Below, one piece after another: positions 15,967 through 24,958 of a stretch of 44,299 nt of DNA. The stretch lies in IMG/VR virus record IMGVR_UViG_3300029854_000006. The stretch is one strand, 5' to 3'. The stretch comes from a virus. How positions within the stretch are numbered: the stretch's first letter is position 1; every line of letters starts with the position of its first letter. The translations under genes were made by a program, and so were the position numbers. Below the pieces are notes generated by a model, which was given only the letters and a program-made list of their open reading frames with translations, ran no database searches and was not told the origin of the DNA.

Positions 15967-17795
15967 GGCCGTATAGGGTAAAGCCGTACACGGTGCCGTC
16001 GTGGATCCACCGGGCGCTCCTGTCCCTGCGGCCAGCGGAACGCCTGCCGGTTTCCAAATGGGCGGAGAAATGGCGGGTCCTGCCCGACACCAACGCCATA
16101 CCGGGGCCATTCCGAAACAGCGTGACCCCGTATCTGGCGGAGATCATGGACGCATTTTCCAACGAGGATGTGGAGCGGATCGTATTTGTGAAGCCCACCC
16201 AGGTGGGAGGCACAACGGCGCTGGAGAACATGCTGGCCAGCGCGATTGACCAGGACCCGGCACCAGCAATGATCGTCTATCCATCCGACAAACTGGCAGA
16301 GCGGACGGTGGAGGCGAAGCTGGAGCCGATGATCCGGCAATGCAAACCGCTGACAGCCAAGTACCGGGAGGCGGAAAGCCAAAAGCTAAAGCTAAAATTT
16401 GAAACCATGTTCGTTTTCCTTTCGGGAGCAAACAGCCCGGCCTCCCTTTCCTCCACACCGATCCGGTATCTGTTTCTCGACGAAGTGGACAAATTTCCGG
16501 GAGCCTCCAAACGGGAGGCGGATCCGGTTTCCCTGGCCATTGAGCGAACCAAGACCTACACCACAAACCGCAAGATCTTCATGGCCTCCACCCCTACGCT
16601 GAAATCCGGCCACATCTGGAAAGCCAAGGAGGAGGCGGAAGCGGAAAAGCATTACTTTGTGCCATGCCCACATTGCGGGGAGTACATCGAATTTGTGTTC
16701 GCGCAGCTGAAATGGCCGAGCAAGGACGATGTGCCGGACAGCGCCGAGCGGGCGGAAATGGCAACCTATGTCTGCCAAGACTGCGGGGCCGTGATCACTG
16801 ACCAGGACAAGGGGAAAATGCTGGCCGCCGGCAGGTGGCAGACGGTCCGACAGACAGCCGCCAGGCCCTCCAGCGTGGCCTATTGGCTGAACACCCTGTA
16901 CTCCCCTTTCACGCGGTTTTCAGAGATTGCCAAGGAGTTCCTGCGGTGTAAGGATGACCCGGAGCTGCTGCAAAACTTTGTCAACAGCTGGCTGGCGGAG
17001 CCATGGGAGGACACCAAACTGCGGACCAATGCGGAGCTGGTGCTGGAGCGGCAGACCGAGGTGGAGGCATACGCCCTGCCGAAATGGACAAAGCTGATCA
17101 CCGCCGGCATAGATGTGCAGGAAAATTGCCTGTACTGGACGATCCGGGCCTGGGGCGATTACATGACCAGCCAGAACATTGCCCACGGCCAGGCGCTATC
17201 CATGAACGAGGTGGCGCAGATCATGAACACCGAGTTTATACACCCGGACGGGCAAAGACTTTTGGTGTCGCTGGCCCTGATGGACAGCGGCGACCAGACG
17301 GATGAAGTTTATGATTTCTGCCTCTTAAATTCGGACTGGGTGCTGCCCAGCAAGGGAACCGGCACCATGCTGTCCAACTACCGCCTGTCCACGATCAACA
17401 AGGCTGGCAGCAACGCCAACGGAATGACACTGGTGCTGGTGGACGGCGGGAAATACAAGGACATGATTGCCGCCCGAATGAGGAAGCCAAACGGGAAAGG
17501 ATCCTGGATGGTCTACAAGGGATGTGATCTGGAGTATGCGGAGCAGGTCACCGCGGAGCATAAAGTGACCGAGCGGGCCAACGGGAAAGTGGTGCAGAAA
17601 TGGGTGCCGAAAACCACCCACGCAGACAACCACTATCTGGACTGCGAGGTGTACGCCGCGGCGGCGGCAGACATGCAGGGTGTACGGTCCCTCTACCTGC
17701 AAAGCCAGGAACCGGAGAAGCCAAAAAAGCCAAAACCGGAGCCTGCGCCGACCCCGGAGGAAAACTGGATCCGGCAGAATGAAAGCTGGGTATAA
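15963..17795 (+). CDS. Terminase large subunit, lambda GpA family
   Basis: 610 aa with the Walker-A-like FVKPTQVGGTT characteristic of GpA-type terminases. Position is upstream of gpW and the portal. Confidence 0.85.
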   Translation: MRPYRVKPYTVPSWIHRALLSLRPAERLPVSKWAEKWRVLPDTNAIPGPFRNSVTPYLAEIMDAFSNEDVERIVFVKPTQVGGTTALENMLASAIDQDPAPAMIVYPSDKLAERTVEAKLEPMIRQCKPLTAKYREAESQKLKLKFETMFVFLSGANSPASLSSTPIRYLFLDEVDKFPGASKREADPVSLAIERTKTYTTNRKIFMASTPTLKSGHIWKAKEEAEAEKHYFVPCPHCGEYIEFVFAQLKWPSKDDVPDSAERAEMATYVCQDCGAVITDQDKGKMLAAGRWQTVRQTAARPSSVAYWLNTLYSPFTRFSEIAKEFLRCKDDPELLQNFVNSWLAEPWEDTKLRTNAELVLERQTEVEAYALPKWTKLITAGIDVQENCLYWTIRAWGDYMTSQNIAHGQALSMNEVAQIMNTEFIHPDGQRLLVSLALMDSGDQTDEVYDFCLLNSDWVLPSKGTGTMLSNYRLSTINKAGSNANGMTLVLVDGGKYKDMIAARMRKPNGKGSWMVYKGCDLEYAEQVTAEHKVTERANGKVVQKWVPKTTHADNHYLDCEVYAAAAADMQGVRSLYLQSQEPEKPKKPKPEPAPTPEENWIRQNESWV

Positions 17796-17810
17796 AAACG
17801 GGAGGACGAA

Positions 17811-18038
17811 ATGGAAAACACACAGATGAAACCAGCGGAACTGCTGGAACAGGTAAACAAAGCCATTGCGGCGGTGCTGGTGGGCGGCCAGTCCTACAAG
17901 ATCGGCAGCCGATCCCTGACACGGGCAGACCTGTCCATGCTGAAAGCCATGCGGGATGATCTGGAGGCCCAAGTGGTGGCGGGGACACCCTCCCACCTGC
18001 TGGATCGAACCTATGTAGCCTACTTTGACGGGAGGTGA
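17811..18038 (+). CDS. gpW-like head-tail joining protein
   Basis: 75 aa between the terminase and a lambda-type portal. YKIGSRSLTRADLSMLKAMRDDLE. Confidence 0.6.
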   Translation: MENTQMKPAELLEQVNKAIAAVLVGGQSYKIGSRSLTRADLSMLKAMRDDLEAQVVAGTPSHLLDRTYVAYFDGR

Positions 18039-18047
18039 CCGCGCCGC

Positions 18048-19568
18048 ATGGGATTTTTGGATAACATCATCACCGCAATTTCGCCGGAAAGAGGCTACCG
18101 ACGGGAGGCGTGGCGGCAAGCCCTGGAGGAGCTGCGGGGATATGACGCGGCCAGCCATGGGCGCCTAAATGCCGGGTGGCGGGTTTTCAACGAAAGCGCG
18201 GAACTGACAGACCGTTACAGCCGGGATGTGATCCGCGCCCGCGCCCGCGACCTGGAACGCAACAGCGACATTGCCCAGTCCGTGATCCACGCATTTCGGC
18301 GGAATGTGATCGGGAAAGGCTATAAACTCCAGCCAAAGACAGAGAGCGAACTGTTAAACGACCAGCTGGAAAAACTGTGGAAGCAATGGTGCCGCAAGGA
18401 AAACTGCGACATAACCGCGTCACAGTCTTTCAATCAGATCATGCGCATGGCTGTGACACGGAAGCAGGTGGACGGCGGGATCCTGTTCATCAAGCGATAC
18501 ACGAGGGGTGGCCTGGTGCCGTTCAAGCTCCAAATGATCGAGGTGGACGAACTGGACACCACCGCCTCTATCCCAAGGCACAAGGGAAACACCGTGGTTG
18601 GCGGGATTGAGTATGACCCGGCCCGCCGGGCGGTGGGCTATTTTATCCAGCAGTACGATGTGGAGGGCTGGAAGCTGACCACCCCGGTGTATATCGAGGC
18701 CAAGCATGTGATCCCATACTGGACCAAGCACCGCCCCAGCCAGCTGCGTGAGGTTTCGGACCTGTCCCCTACCATTACGCGGGTACGGGACACAAACGAA
18801 TTTATCACAGCCGTTTCCGTCAAGGAGCGGATCGCGGCCTGCCTGGCCGTGTTCATTAAGCGGGCAACCCCTACGGGCGGATTTGGCCGCGGCGGCGTGG
18901 TGTCCGGCGGGGACCGAGTGACCTATGAGGGCAAGAGCCTAACCCCCGGCATGATCAAGGAAATGAATGTGGGGGACAGTATCGAAACTGTGGAGCCGAA
19001 AAGCGCGGGATCGGACGCCTCCCAATTCCTGAAAATGCAATGGCGCTTGATCGGAGCTGGCCAGGGCATGAGCTACGAGGCCACCAGCCGGGACATGTCG
19101 GAAAGCAATTATTCCAGCGCACGGCAGGGAGCGAATGAGGATGAAGCCACATTCGCGGCAGAGATCGAGCTGCTGACCGAGATCATGAGCGAAATCTACG
19201 AAACTTTTGTTATTTCCTGTTATCTCACCGGGCTGATCAACCCGCCCGGATTTTGGGATAAAAAGGCGGATTACCTGGCGCACAAATGGGTGCAGGCACC
19301 GAAAAAATGGATCGACCCGGCCAAGGAAACCACCGCCACCAAAACCGCCCTGGCAACAGGTCAAAAGACATTCCAGGATGTCGCAGCCGAACAGGGCAAG
19401 GACTGGAAAGAGGCCGTGGACGAAATGGCCGAGGTCCTGAAATATGGCCGTAAAGCCGGCATTGAGATGGGAGGTGTAATTTATGGCCAAGGAGCAGCAG
19501 CACAGCAGAACGCCGGAACCCAGGGACAAGAGCCAGGGAACCAGGAGCATGGGGGAAATCCTGATTAG
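18048..19568 (+). CDS. Portal protein, lambda family
   Basis: 506 aa. RDVIRARARDLERNSDIAQSVIHAFRRNVIGKG block. Synteny supports the call. Confidence 0.8.
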   Translation: MGFLDNIITAISPERGYRREAWRQALEELRGYDAASHGRLNAGWRVFNESAELTDRYSRDVIRARARDLERNSDIAQSVIHAFRRNVIGKGYKLQPKTESELLNDQLEKLWKQWCRKENCDITASQSFNQIMRMAVTRKQVDGGILFIKRYTRGGLVPFKLQMIEVDELDTTASIPRHKGNTVVGGIEYDPARRAVGYFIQQYDVEGWKLTTPVYIEAKHVIPYWTKHRPSQLREVSDLSPTITRVRDTNEFITAVSVKERIAACLAVFIKRATPTGGFGRGGVVSGGDRVTYEGKSLTPGMIKEMNVGDSIETVEPKSAGSDASQFLKMQWRLIGAGQGMSYEATSRDMSESNYSSARQGANEDEATFAAEIELLTEIMSEIYETFVISCYLTGLINPPGFWDKKADYLAHKWVQAPKKWIDPAKETTATKTALATGQKTFQDVAAEQGKDWKEAVDEMAEVLKYGRKAGIEMGGVIYGQGAAAQQNAGTQGQEPGNQEHGGNPD

Positions 19569-20100
19569 ACAGGAGGAGGGGCAGGACAGCCGCCGGAGAA
19601 CAGTTAGCTTTTCCAGCGAAACGCCATACCGCCGCTATTTCGGAATGGAGATCCTGGACCATGCAGAGGGCGCCGTAGACCTGGGGCGCCTGAACACCGT
19701 GGGCGTCCTGCTTTTCAACCACGATGTGGACAGAGTAGTGGGCCGCGTGATCCGCGCCTGGCTGGAAAACAACCGCGGTATGGCAGAAGTGGAATTTGAC
19801 ACCGACGAGGACGCGGAAAAGGTTTTCAGCAAGGTGCAGAGCGGGACACTGAAAACAACATCGGTGCGGTACAGAGTGGACAGCTGGGAGGAAGTCCGGG
19901 CCGGGGCAACATCGGCGGACGGACGATTTACAGGCCCGTGCAGTATCGCAAGACGATGGACACCCATGGAGATCTCCATTGTTTCCGTACCGGCAGACCA
20001 CACCGTGGGCGTGGGTAGAGCTGATGAAAACACAGGCACGCCGGACCTGTCCGCATACGAGCGGCAGATCCAGGTAAACAAAAACACTTTCAGGAGGTAA
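19549..20100 (+). CDS. Prohead serine protease (HK97/S78 type)
   Basis: Internal ATG of track ORF 19483-20100. EILDHAEGAVDLGRLNTVGVLLFNHD...VGRV...SVRYRV pattern. Confidence 0.7.
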   Translation: MGEILIRQEEGQDSRRRTVSFSSETPYRRYFGMEILDHAEGAVDLGRLNTVGVLLFNHDVDRVVGRVIRAWLENNRGMAEVEFDTDEDAEKVFSKVQSGTLKTTSVRYRVDSWEEVRAGATSADGRFTGPCSIARRWTPMEISIVSVPADHTVGVGRADENTGTPDLSAYERQIQVNKNTFRR

Positions 20101-20107
20101 GAAAGCA

Positions 20108-21667
20108 ATGAACATTCAGGAAATGATTGCCCGGCAGCAGGCGATTGTGGACGGCGCCCGGAACGAGGGCCGGGGCCTGACCCGCGAGGAGCAGGCGGAG
20201 TTTGACCAGCTCCAGGGAAAGATTGACGCCGCCCGGAACGCGGGAGGCCAGGACGGCAACCAGGGCGGCGGAGAACACCCTGCGGAGGGCAACCGCGGCG
20301 CAGGCGATCCCGGCGGTGCGGAGGGCGAGGGCAGAAACAATGACGCTACACGCCAGGCGGCGGTGCAGGCAGAACGCCAGCGCAACAGCGACATTGTGGC
20401 CCTGTGCCGGCAGGTAGGCATGGATCCGGCGGAGTACATCCGCGGCGGCCAGACTATGGACCAGGTGCGCCAGGCGGCGGTGGAGTTCATGATCTCCCAC
20501 GGCGGCCCCGTGGGCACCAGGACCGATGACGGCCAGGGCAATGAGTTCCGCAACGCAGCGGTGGACGCCCTGCTGCTGCGTGCCGGCGTCCCTGTGAGCA
20601 ATCCGGCCAGAGAGGCGGACAGCCTGCGCGGCATGTCTGTGCGGGACCTTATGATCGAGTGCATGGCCCGGAGCGGCGAGGGGTCCACCACCTCCATGCT
20701 GCGCATGGGCAAGAATGACCTGTGGGACATGGCGGTGCGCCAGTTCCTTTCCCCCACGGCCTCTTTCCCCGCAATTCTGGATCAGGCCATCCAGAAATCC
20801 ATTGTACACCAGTACCAGCTTGTGCCCACCACATTTGACCTGTGGACCAGCAAGGGCAGCCTGCCGGACTTCAAGCCCAGCAAGGCCCATGAATACACCA
20901 TCGGCGGCGGCCAGTTCGACAAGGTGACCGAGGGCGGAGAGCTGAAGCACAGCACCCTGGACACCGACATGAACCCCCTGCGCAAGCTGGACACCTACGG
21001 GACCCAGTTCACCATGACCCGTGAGGCGTTCATCAATGATGACATTGGCTTTTTGTCCGAAATGCCGGGCCAGTACGCCCGCGTGGCAAAGCGGAAGATC
21101 AACAAGCAGGTGTATGAGGTCATCGTGAAGAACCCCGCCGTATATGACGGCGTGACCCTGTTTGAAGCTGACGCGCACAAGAACCTGATCGCCACCGGCA
21201 CCGCCCCAACCATTGAGAGCGTCCAGAAAATGATGATGAAGCTGCTGCGCCAGACGGATCCTTTTGGGGAAAGCATTATGGTACAGCCCAAGTACATCCT
21301 GGTGCCTGTGGGGTACGGTTTCCTTATGTCCCAGCTGCTTGAAACCTCCCAGGTGGATGTGGAGGGCATTGGCAGCCACACCGCAAACGCCCTTTACAAG
21401 TACCGGACCCAGCTCCAGGTGGTGGAGGAGGGCGCAATCAACGCCCTGGCCGGATCCAGCGAGGTGCCCTGGTATATCGTGGGCGACAAGACCACAGCCA
21501 AGAGCGTGCAGGTGGACTACCTGAACGGAGTGGAAACCCCCAGTTTCCGCCGGAGCGAAAAGGCCGGTTACCTGGGCTTTGTGTGGGACATTTGGCTGGA
21601 CTGGGGTATCACCGTCATGGACTACCGCGGCATTGTCCGCAATAACGGCGTAGCCATTACCGAGTAA
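20108..21667 (+). CDS. Major capsid protein (HK97 fold) with N-terminal scaffold-like coiled coil
   Basis: 519 aa directly after the protease. N-terminal delta-domain-like helix and Gly/Asn linker. Synteny supports the call. Confidence 0.8.
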   Translation: MNIQEMIARQQAIVDGARNEGRGLTREEQAEFDQLQGKIDAARNAGGQDGNQGGGEHPAEGNRGAGDPGGAEGEGRNNDATRQAAVQAERQRNSDIVALCRQVGMDPAEYIRGGQTMDQVRQAAVEFMISHGGPVGTRTDDGQGNEFRNAAVDALLLRAGVPVSNPAREADSLRGMSVRDLMIECMARSGEGSTTSMLRMGKNDLWDMAVRQFLSPTASFPAILDQAIQKSIVHQYQLVPTTFDLWTSKGSLPDFKPSKAHEYTIGGGQFDKVTEGGELKHSTLDTDMNPLRKLDTYGTQFTMTREAFINDDIGFLSEMPGQYARVAKRKINKQVYEVIVKNPAVYDGVTLFEADAHKNLIATGTAPTIESVQKMMMKLLRQTDPFGESIMVQPKYILVPVGYGFLMSQLLETSQVDVEGIGSHTANALYKYRTQLQVVEEGAINALAGSSEVPWYIVGDKTTAKSVQVDYLNGVETPSFRRSEKAGYLGFVWDIWLDWGITVMDYRGIVRNNGVAITE

Positions 21668-21681
21668 GGAGGTACAGAGCA

Positions 21682-22119
21682 ATGAACGCAAGATACTGGC
21701 AGAGAGGCGAAACCCTGGACTACACCGCCGAGGACGCCGTGGCCAACGGCCAGGTGGTGAGCCTGGGGAACCGGATCGGCGTGGCCGGGAATGACATTGC
21801 GGAGGGCGCAACCGGCGCCCTGCATGTCACCGGCGTGTACATCATGGACAAGAAAGCCTCCGAGAAGATCACCATGGGCGCCCCGGTGTACTATGACACC
21901 GCGGAGGACGAAATCACCGCCACCGAAAAGGGAAATATCCCCGCCGGCTATGCAGCCGCAACGGCGGAGGCCAGCGACGCCACCGTGCTGGTGAACATTG
22001 GGGACCCGGACGGCGCACCAGCAGTCCACAACAGTCTGGCCATGAAAGGCGAGGACGGAAAGGTGTACGACATTACCGTGGCCACCGGCGGAACGCTGAA
22101 AGCCACCGAGCGGGCATAA
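21682..22119 (+). CDS. DUF2190-like head decoration/cement protein
   Basis: 145 aa. Pattern GQVVSLGNRIGVAGNDIAEGATGALHVTGVY...GAPVYYD. Position is after the capsid gene. Confidence 0.6.
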   Translation: MNARYWQRGETLDYTAEDAVANGQVVSLGNRIGVAGNDIAEGATGALHVTGVYIMDKKASEKITMGAPVYYDTAEDEITATEKGNIPAGYAAATAEASDATVLVNIGDPDGAPAVHNSLAMKGEDGKVYDITVATGGTLKATERA

Positions 22120-22133
22120 GGAGGGCGTAAGGC

Positions 22134-22565
22134 ATGAAAAAGCTGATCGCCAAGCGCCCCGTGCTGTACCTGGGGCGGATGTATGACGCGGGCGACACCC
22201 TCCCAGCCAATGACCAGAAGATGGTCACCGCATGGCTGAACGCCAAGAGCGCGGAATGGGGCGGCCAGGAGGCACAGGAAAGCCGCCAGGAGGCCCAGGA
22301 GAGCGCCGAACAGGCGGACGGGTCCCAGGGCAGTCAGGAGCAGAACGAGGGCCAGGAGGCCGAGGAAAACGGCCAGGAGGCGGAAATGGTGGAGGGCCAC
22401 CTGGACGCTGAACAGCTGGCCACCATGAAAAAGGCCGAACTGGAGCAGCTGGCCGCAGACCTGGGCGTGGACATTTCCAACGCCAAGAACAACAGGGAGC
22501 GGGCGGAGCTGATCGCGGCGGTCCCCGTACAGGCCCCCGCCAAAGAAGCAGGGAGCGCCCAGTGA
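22134..22565 (+). CDS. Hypothetical head-associated protein with acidic Q/E low-complexity linker and HeH/Rho-N-like motif
   Basis: GQEAQESRQEAQESAEQADGSQGSQEQNEGQEAEENGQEAE, then LATMKKAELEQLAADLGVDISNAKNNRERAELIAA. Confidence 0.55.
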   Translation: MKKLIAKRPVLYLGRMYDAGDTLPANDQKMVTAWLNAKSAEWGGQEAQESRQEAQESAEQADGSQGSQEQNEGQEAEENGQEAEMVEGHLDAEQLATMKKAELEQLAADLGVDISNAKNNRERAELIAAVPVQAPAKEAGSAQ

Positions 22566-22900
22566 TGGGCGCCCCTGGCTTCAAGGATCTGGTGGCGGCT
22601 GATATTTCCACCGTGTTTCTAAACGGCCAGGAGTTCGCGGACACCCACACCATAGACGGCAGACCCATGACCGTGGTGGTGGATGAAAACGAACTGCTGG
22701 AGCGGGACAAGTCAAAAATGGGGATCCAGGTGGATGGGACCTACAAAGCCCGCCGGCTGATCTATGTGGCCAAGGAGGAATATGGACCGCGGCCCGCCCA
22801 TGGGAAACAGATCAATTTTGACGGGCGCCTGTTCCGGGTGGCCGACTGCACCGAGGAGGCCGGTATGCTGGCCATTACGCTGGAGGCGGTGAGATCGTGA
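22565..22900 (+). CDS. Putative head-tail adaptor/head-completion protein
   Basis: 111 aa. Assigned by position between the head and tail genes only. Confidence 0.45.
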   Translation: MGAPGFKDLVAADISTVFLNGQEFADTHTIDGRPMTVVVDENELLERDKSKMGIQVDGTYKARRLIYVAKEEYGPRPAHGKQINFDGRLFRVADCTEEAGMLAITLEAVRS

Positions 22901-23502
22901 GCGAAAACGGCGCTATGCTGGAAATTAACACCCAAGCGGAGATCGAAAAGATCATACGCCAGCTGGACACCCTGCCCAACCGGATGAAAGCCCCCGATGT
23001 GCTGGCCAGCGCACTGAACGCAACGGCCAACGAAATGAAGCGGAAGATCGGCCAGAGGACCAGAAAACGCTATGCCATCAATGACAAGAAGATCCTGACC
23101 GACAAGAAGCGGGGCGGCATGTATCTGGAGAGAGCCAAGGGGTCCGCCACATCCGCCACGCTGATCTCCAGGGGCGGCATGGTGGAGGCCATGGCATACA
23201 TGACCAGGAAGAACACCGAAACCACGGCGGCCATGCTGAAAGTGCTGAATGAAAGCGCCATGACGGCGCTGGAGGTGGACGGGCGAAAAGCCTTTGAAAC
23301 CACTTTCAAGAGCGGACACACGGCCATTGTGCAGCGCGTAGGCCGCGCAAGACTGCCGGTAAAGTCCCTTATGGCCCCGGCGGTGCCCATGGCATACGGC
23401 AAGACCTACGAGGAAACCACACAGGACTATTACACCATCCTGCAAAAGCACATCCAGCGGGAGGTGGAGCGGGTCCTGGACGGTTTCGGGAGAGCGGCAT
23501 AA
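22897..23502 (+). CDS. Putative tail-completion/neck protein
   Basis: 201 aa with a GTG start after ggaggcgg. Positional call only. Confidence 0.45.
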   Translation: MSENGAMLEINTQAEIEKIIRQLDTLPNRMKAPDVLASALNATANEMKRKIGQRTRKRYAINDKKILTDKKRGGMYLERAKGSATSATLISRGGMVEAMAYMTRKNTETTAAMLKVLNESAMTALEVDGRKAFETTFKSGHTAIVQRVGRARLPVKSLMAPAVPMAYGKTYEETTQDYYTILQKHIQREVERVLDGFGRAA

Positions 23503-23527
23503 AAAAGCGGCCCCGCAGAGGGGCCGC
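23501..23527 (-). terminator. Rho-independent terminator of the minus-strand moron
   Basis: Stem gcggcccc/ggggccgc (23507-23514 / 23520-23527). On the minus strand it is followed by TTTTTT. Confidence 0.7.
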
Positions 23528-23532
23528 AAAAG

Positions 23533-24093
23533 TCAGCAATTATAAAAATCGTCGCTGGTGTAGCCCATTTGCAGGGCAAGGAAATAAATGTGCTTGCACG
23601 GTTTACTGCGTTTATCAAAATCAGGGCAAGAGCAATAGTCCAGTGTGGTGGTGTATTCCGTTCCGGTGGAACCGCTAACCTTTGCTGTACCGCTGTCCAC
23701 ATCATAGCTGATCAGCCCCAAACACTCATGGGACGCTTTTTCAAAACGGTCAGACTGGGCCGCCCCACGGTGTACTTTTTCGTTCCATTCCCCAAATGAG
23801 TGCCCAATGGGGCAATGCCGACTATGGATAGAAACAAGTTCGTTTTTTTTACGCGGGAAAATCAGGAAATACGAAACCGTTTCACGGATCGTTTTACTCC
23901 CCTCTCTCCCCTCTATCGTGCGCAGTTCGCTTGTCTTGCTTACGGGATGTTTCTTTTTCCACTGGCTATATGCAACCAGGGCAGCGGCGAGTATGACACC
24001 GCCTCCAAATGACTGCACCTCCCCGGTAAACAGGCACCCAAGCGCGAGAACGAGAACGACACCAGCGGCAATATACAGCCCTTTCCCTTTCAT
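23533..24093 (-). CDS. Membrane-anchored SWIM zinc-finger protein (moron)
   Basis: Start at the internal ATG 24093 (RBS ggaaagggtgg). Two N-terminal TM helices (LYIAAGVVLVLALGCLF, GGGVILAAALVAY). C-terminal CSCPDFDKRSKPCKHIYF matches the SWIM CxCxnCxH pattern. Confidence 0.7.
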   Translation of the reverse strand: MKGKGLYIAAGVVLVLALGCLFTGEVQSFGGGVILAAALVAYSQWKKKHPVSKTSELRTIEGREGSKTIRETVSYFLIFPRKKNELVSIHSRHCPIGHSFGEWNEKVHRGAAQSDRFEKASHECLGLISYDVDSGTAKVSGSTGTEYTTTLDYCSCPDFDKRSKPCKHIYFLALQMGYTSDDFYNC

Positions 24094-24162
24094 TTTACCA
24101 CCCTTTCCATGCTCTTTTATGCTGATTATTACCACACTTTTCTGAACATTAACACAACCGTA

Positions 24163-24191
24163 ATTATAGGGAAGAAACGGTAAAAAGTCAA
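24163..24191 (-). promoter_or_regulatory. Near-consensus sigma-70/sigma-A promoter for the SWIM moron
   Basis: The minus strand reads TTGACT, 17 nt, TATAAT (-35 at 24191-24186, -10 at 24168-24163). Confidence 0.6.
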
Positions 24192-24205
24192 GGAGGCGCA
24201 AGCAT

Positions 24206-24685
24206 GTGACCCAAGAATTTTTGCAGGACGCCATGGTGGCGGACCTAAAGGCGCTTTTTGCCCATGAGAGGCTGAAAAACTCCCTGGGCGTCGAGCGGGA
24301 GATCCAGATCTACCCACAGGATGTGCCGATCCGGGAAAGCGACGATGAAGCCATGGACAGGGAGGCGCCGCCGGAGCCTTATGTGGTGGTGCGCCTCCGG
24401 GGAGGAAAGACCGAAAGCGACGATGACCCGCAGATCATTGACGCGGTGCTGGTGACCTGTGTCTACGACCCCGATCCGGGGCGCCAAGGCTACCGGGACG
24501 CCCTGCACATCATCAACAAAATTTATCATCACTATTCCGCCTGCGCCGTGATCGGCAACCGATGGGAAGTCCTTTACCCTATGGAGTGGACCACCCAGGA
24601 GGAGGACACACACCCGTACTATTTCACGGCCATGTCCCTGCGGATCCAGGCGCCGGCGGTCCACAAGGAGGTGCCAGAAGCATGA
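24206..24685 (+). CDS. Putative tail terminator/sheath-initiator-side neck protein
   Basis: 159 aa with a GTG 9 nt after aaggagg. It is the first gene of the tail block; positional call only. Confidence 0.45.
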   Translation: MTQEFLQDAMVADLKALFAHERLKNSLGVEREIQIYPQDVPIRESDDEAMDREAPPEPYVVVRLRGGKTESDDDPQIIDAVLVTCVYDPDPGRQGYRDALHIINKIYHHYSACAVIGNRWEVLYPMEWTTQEEDTHPYYFTAMSLRIQAPAVHKEVPEA

Positions 24686-24942
24686 CAGCAAAGAAACAGA
24701 CCAAACCGGCGGCGGAGGCCGGCACGCTGGTGTACTGCGGCCCAACGATCCCCGGAGTGGCCAAGCAATTCACATCCTACCGGGGAGGCATACCGGAGGC
24801 CCTGGCGGCGGCGCAAAAGAAAACCCCGGTGCTGGGCGGCCTAACCGTACCGCTGGACCAGCTGCCGGAGGCCATGCGCCAGCTGCGGGAGAAAACCGGA
24901 CCCATTTATGCCCTGTACCGAAAGGCACAGAAACGAAACTAA
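24682..24942 (+). CDS. Hypothetical virion-module protein
   Basis: 86 aa. ATGA overlap; in-frame part of track ORF 24562-24942. Confidence 0.5.
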   Translation: MTAKKQTKPAAEAGTLVYCGPTIPGVAKQFTSYRGGIPEALAAAQKKTPVLGGLTVPLDQLPEAMRQLREKTGPIYALYRKAQKRN

Positions 24943-24958
24943 CAGGAGGTAAAGCAAC

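Noticed and set aside
20090-21811. Very long minus-strand ORFs antisense to well-supported + strand genes: 20090-21811 (573 aa), 11474-13216 (580 aa), 34949-36400 (483 aa), 29836-31245 (469 aa), 41240-42607 (455 aa), 25439-26596 (385 aa), 38404-39384 (326 aa), 15208-16110 (300 aa).
   Set aside because: They are Arg/Gly/Pro/His-rich and have no RBS. They lie opposite genes with clear family motifs (capsid, DUF5131, fibre, gpD, endolysin, sheath, RT, terminase). Long antisense ORFs of this kind are expected in GC-rich DNA because stop codons are rare.
22255-22400. Repetitive caggaggc/ccaggag DNA that could be mistaken for a tandem-repeat array.
   Set aside because: It is in frame within ORF 22134-22565 and encodes an acidic Q/E/G low-complexity linker. 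The units are irregular, with no spacer-repeat periodicity.
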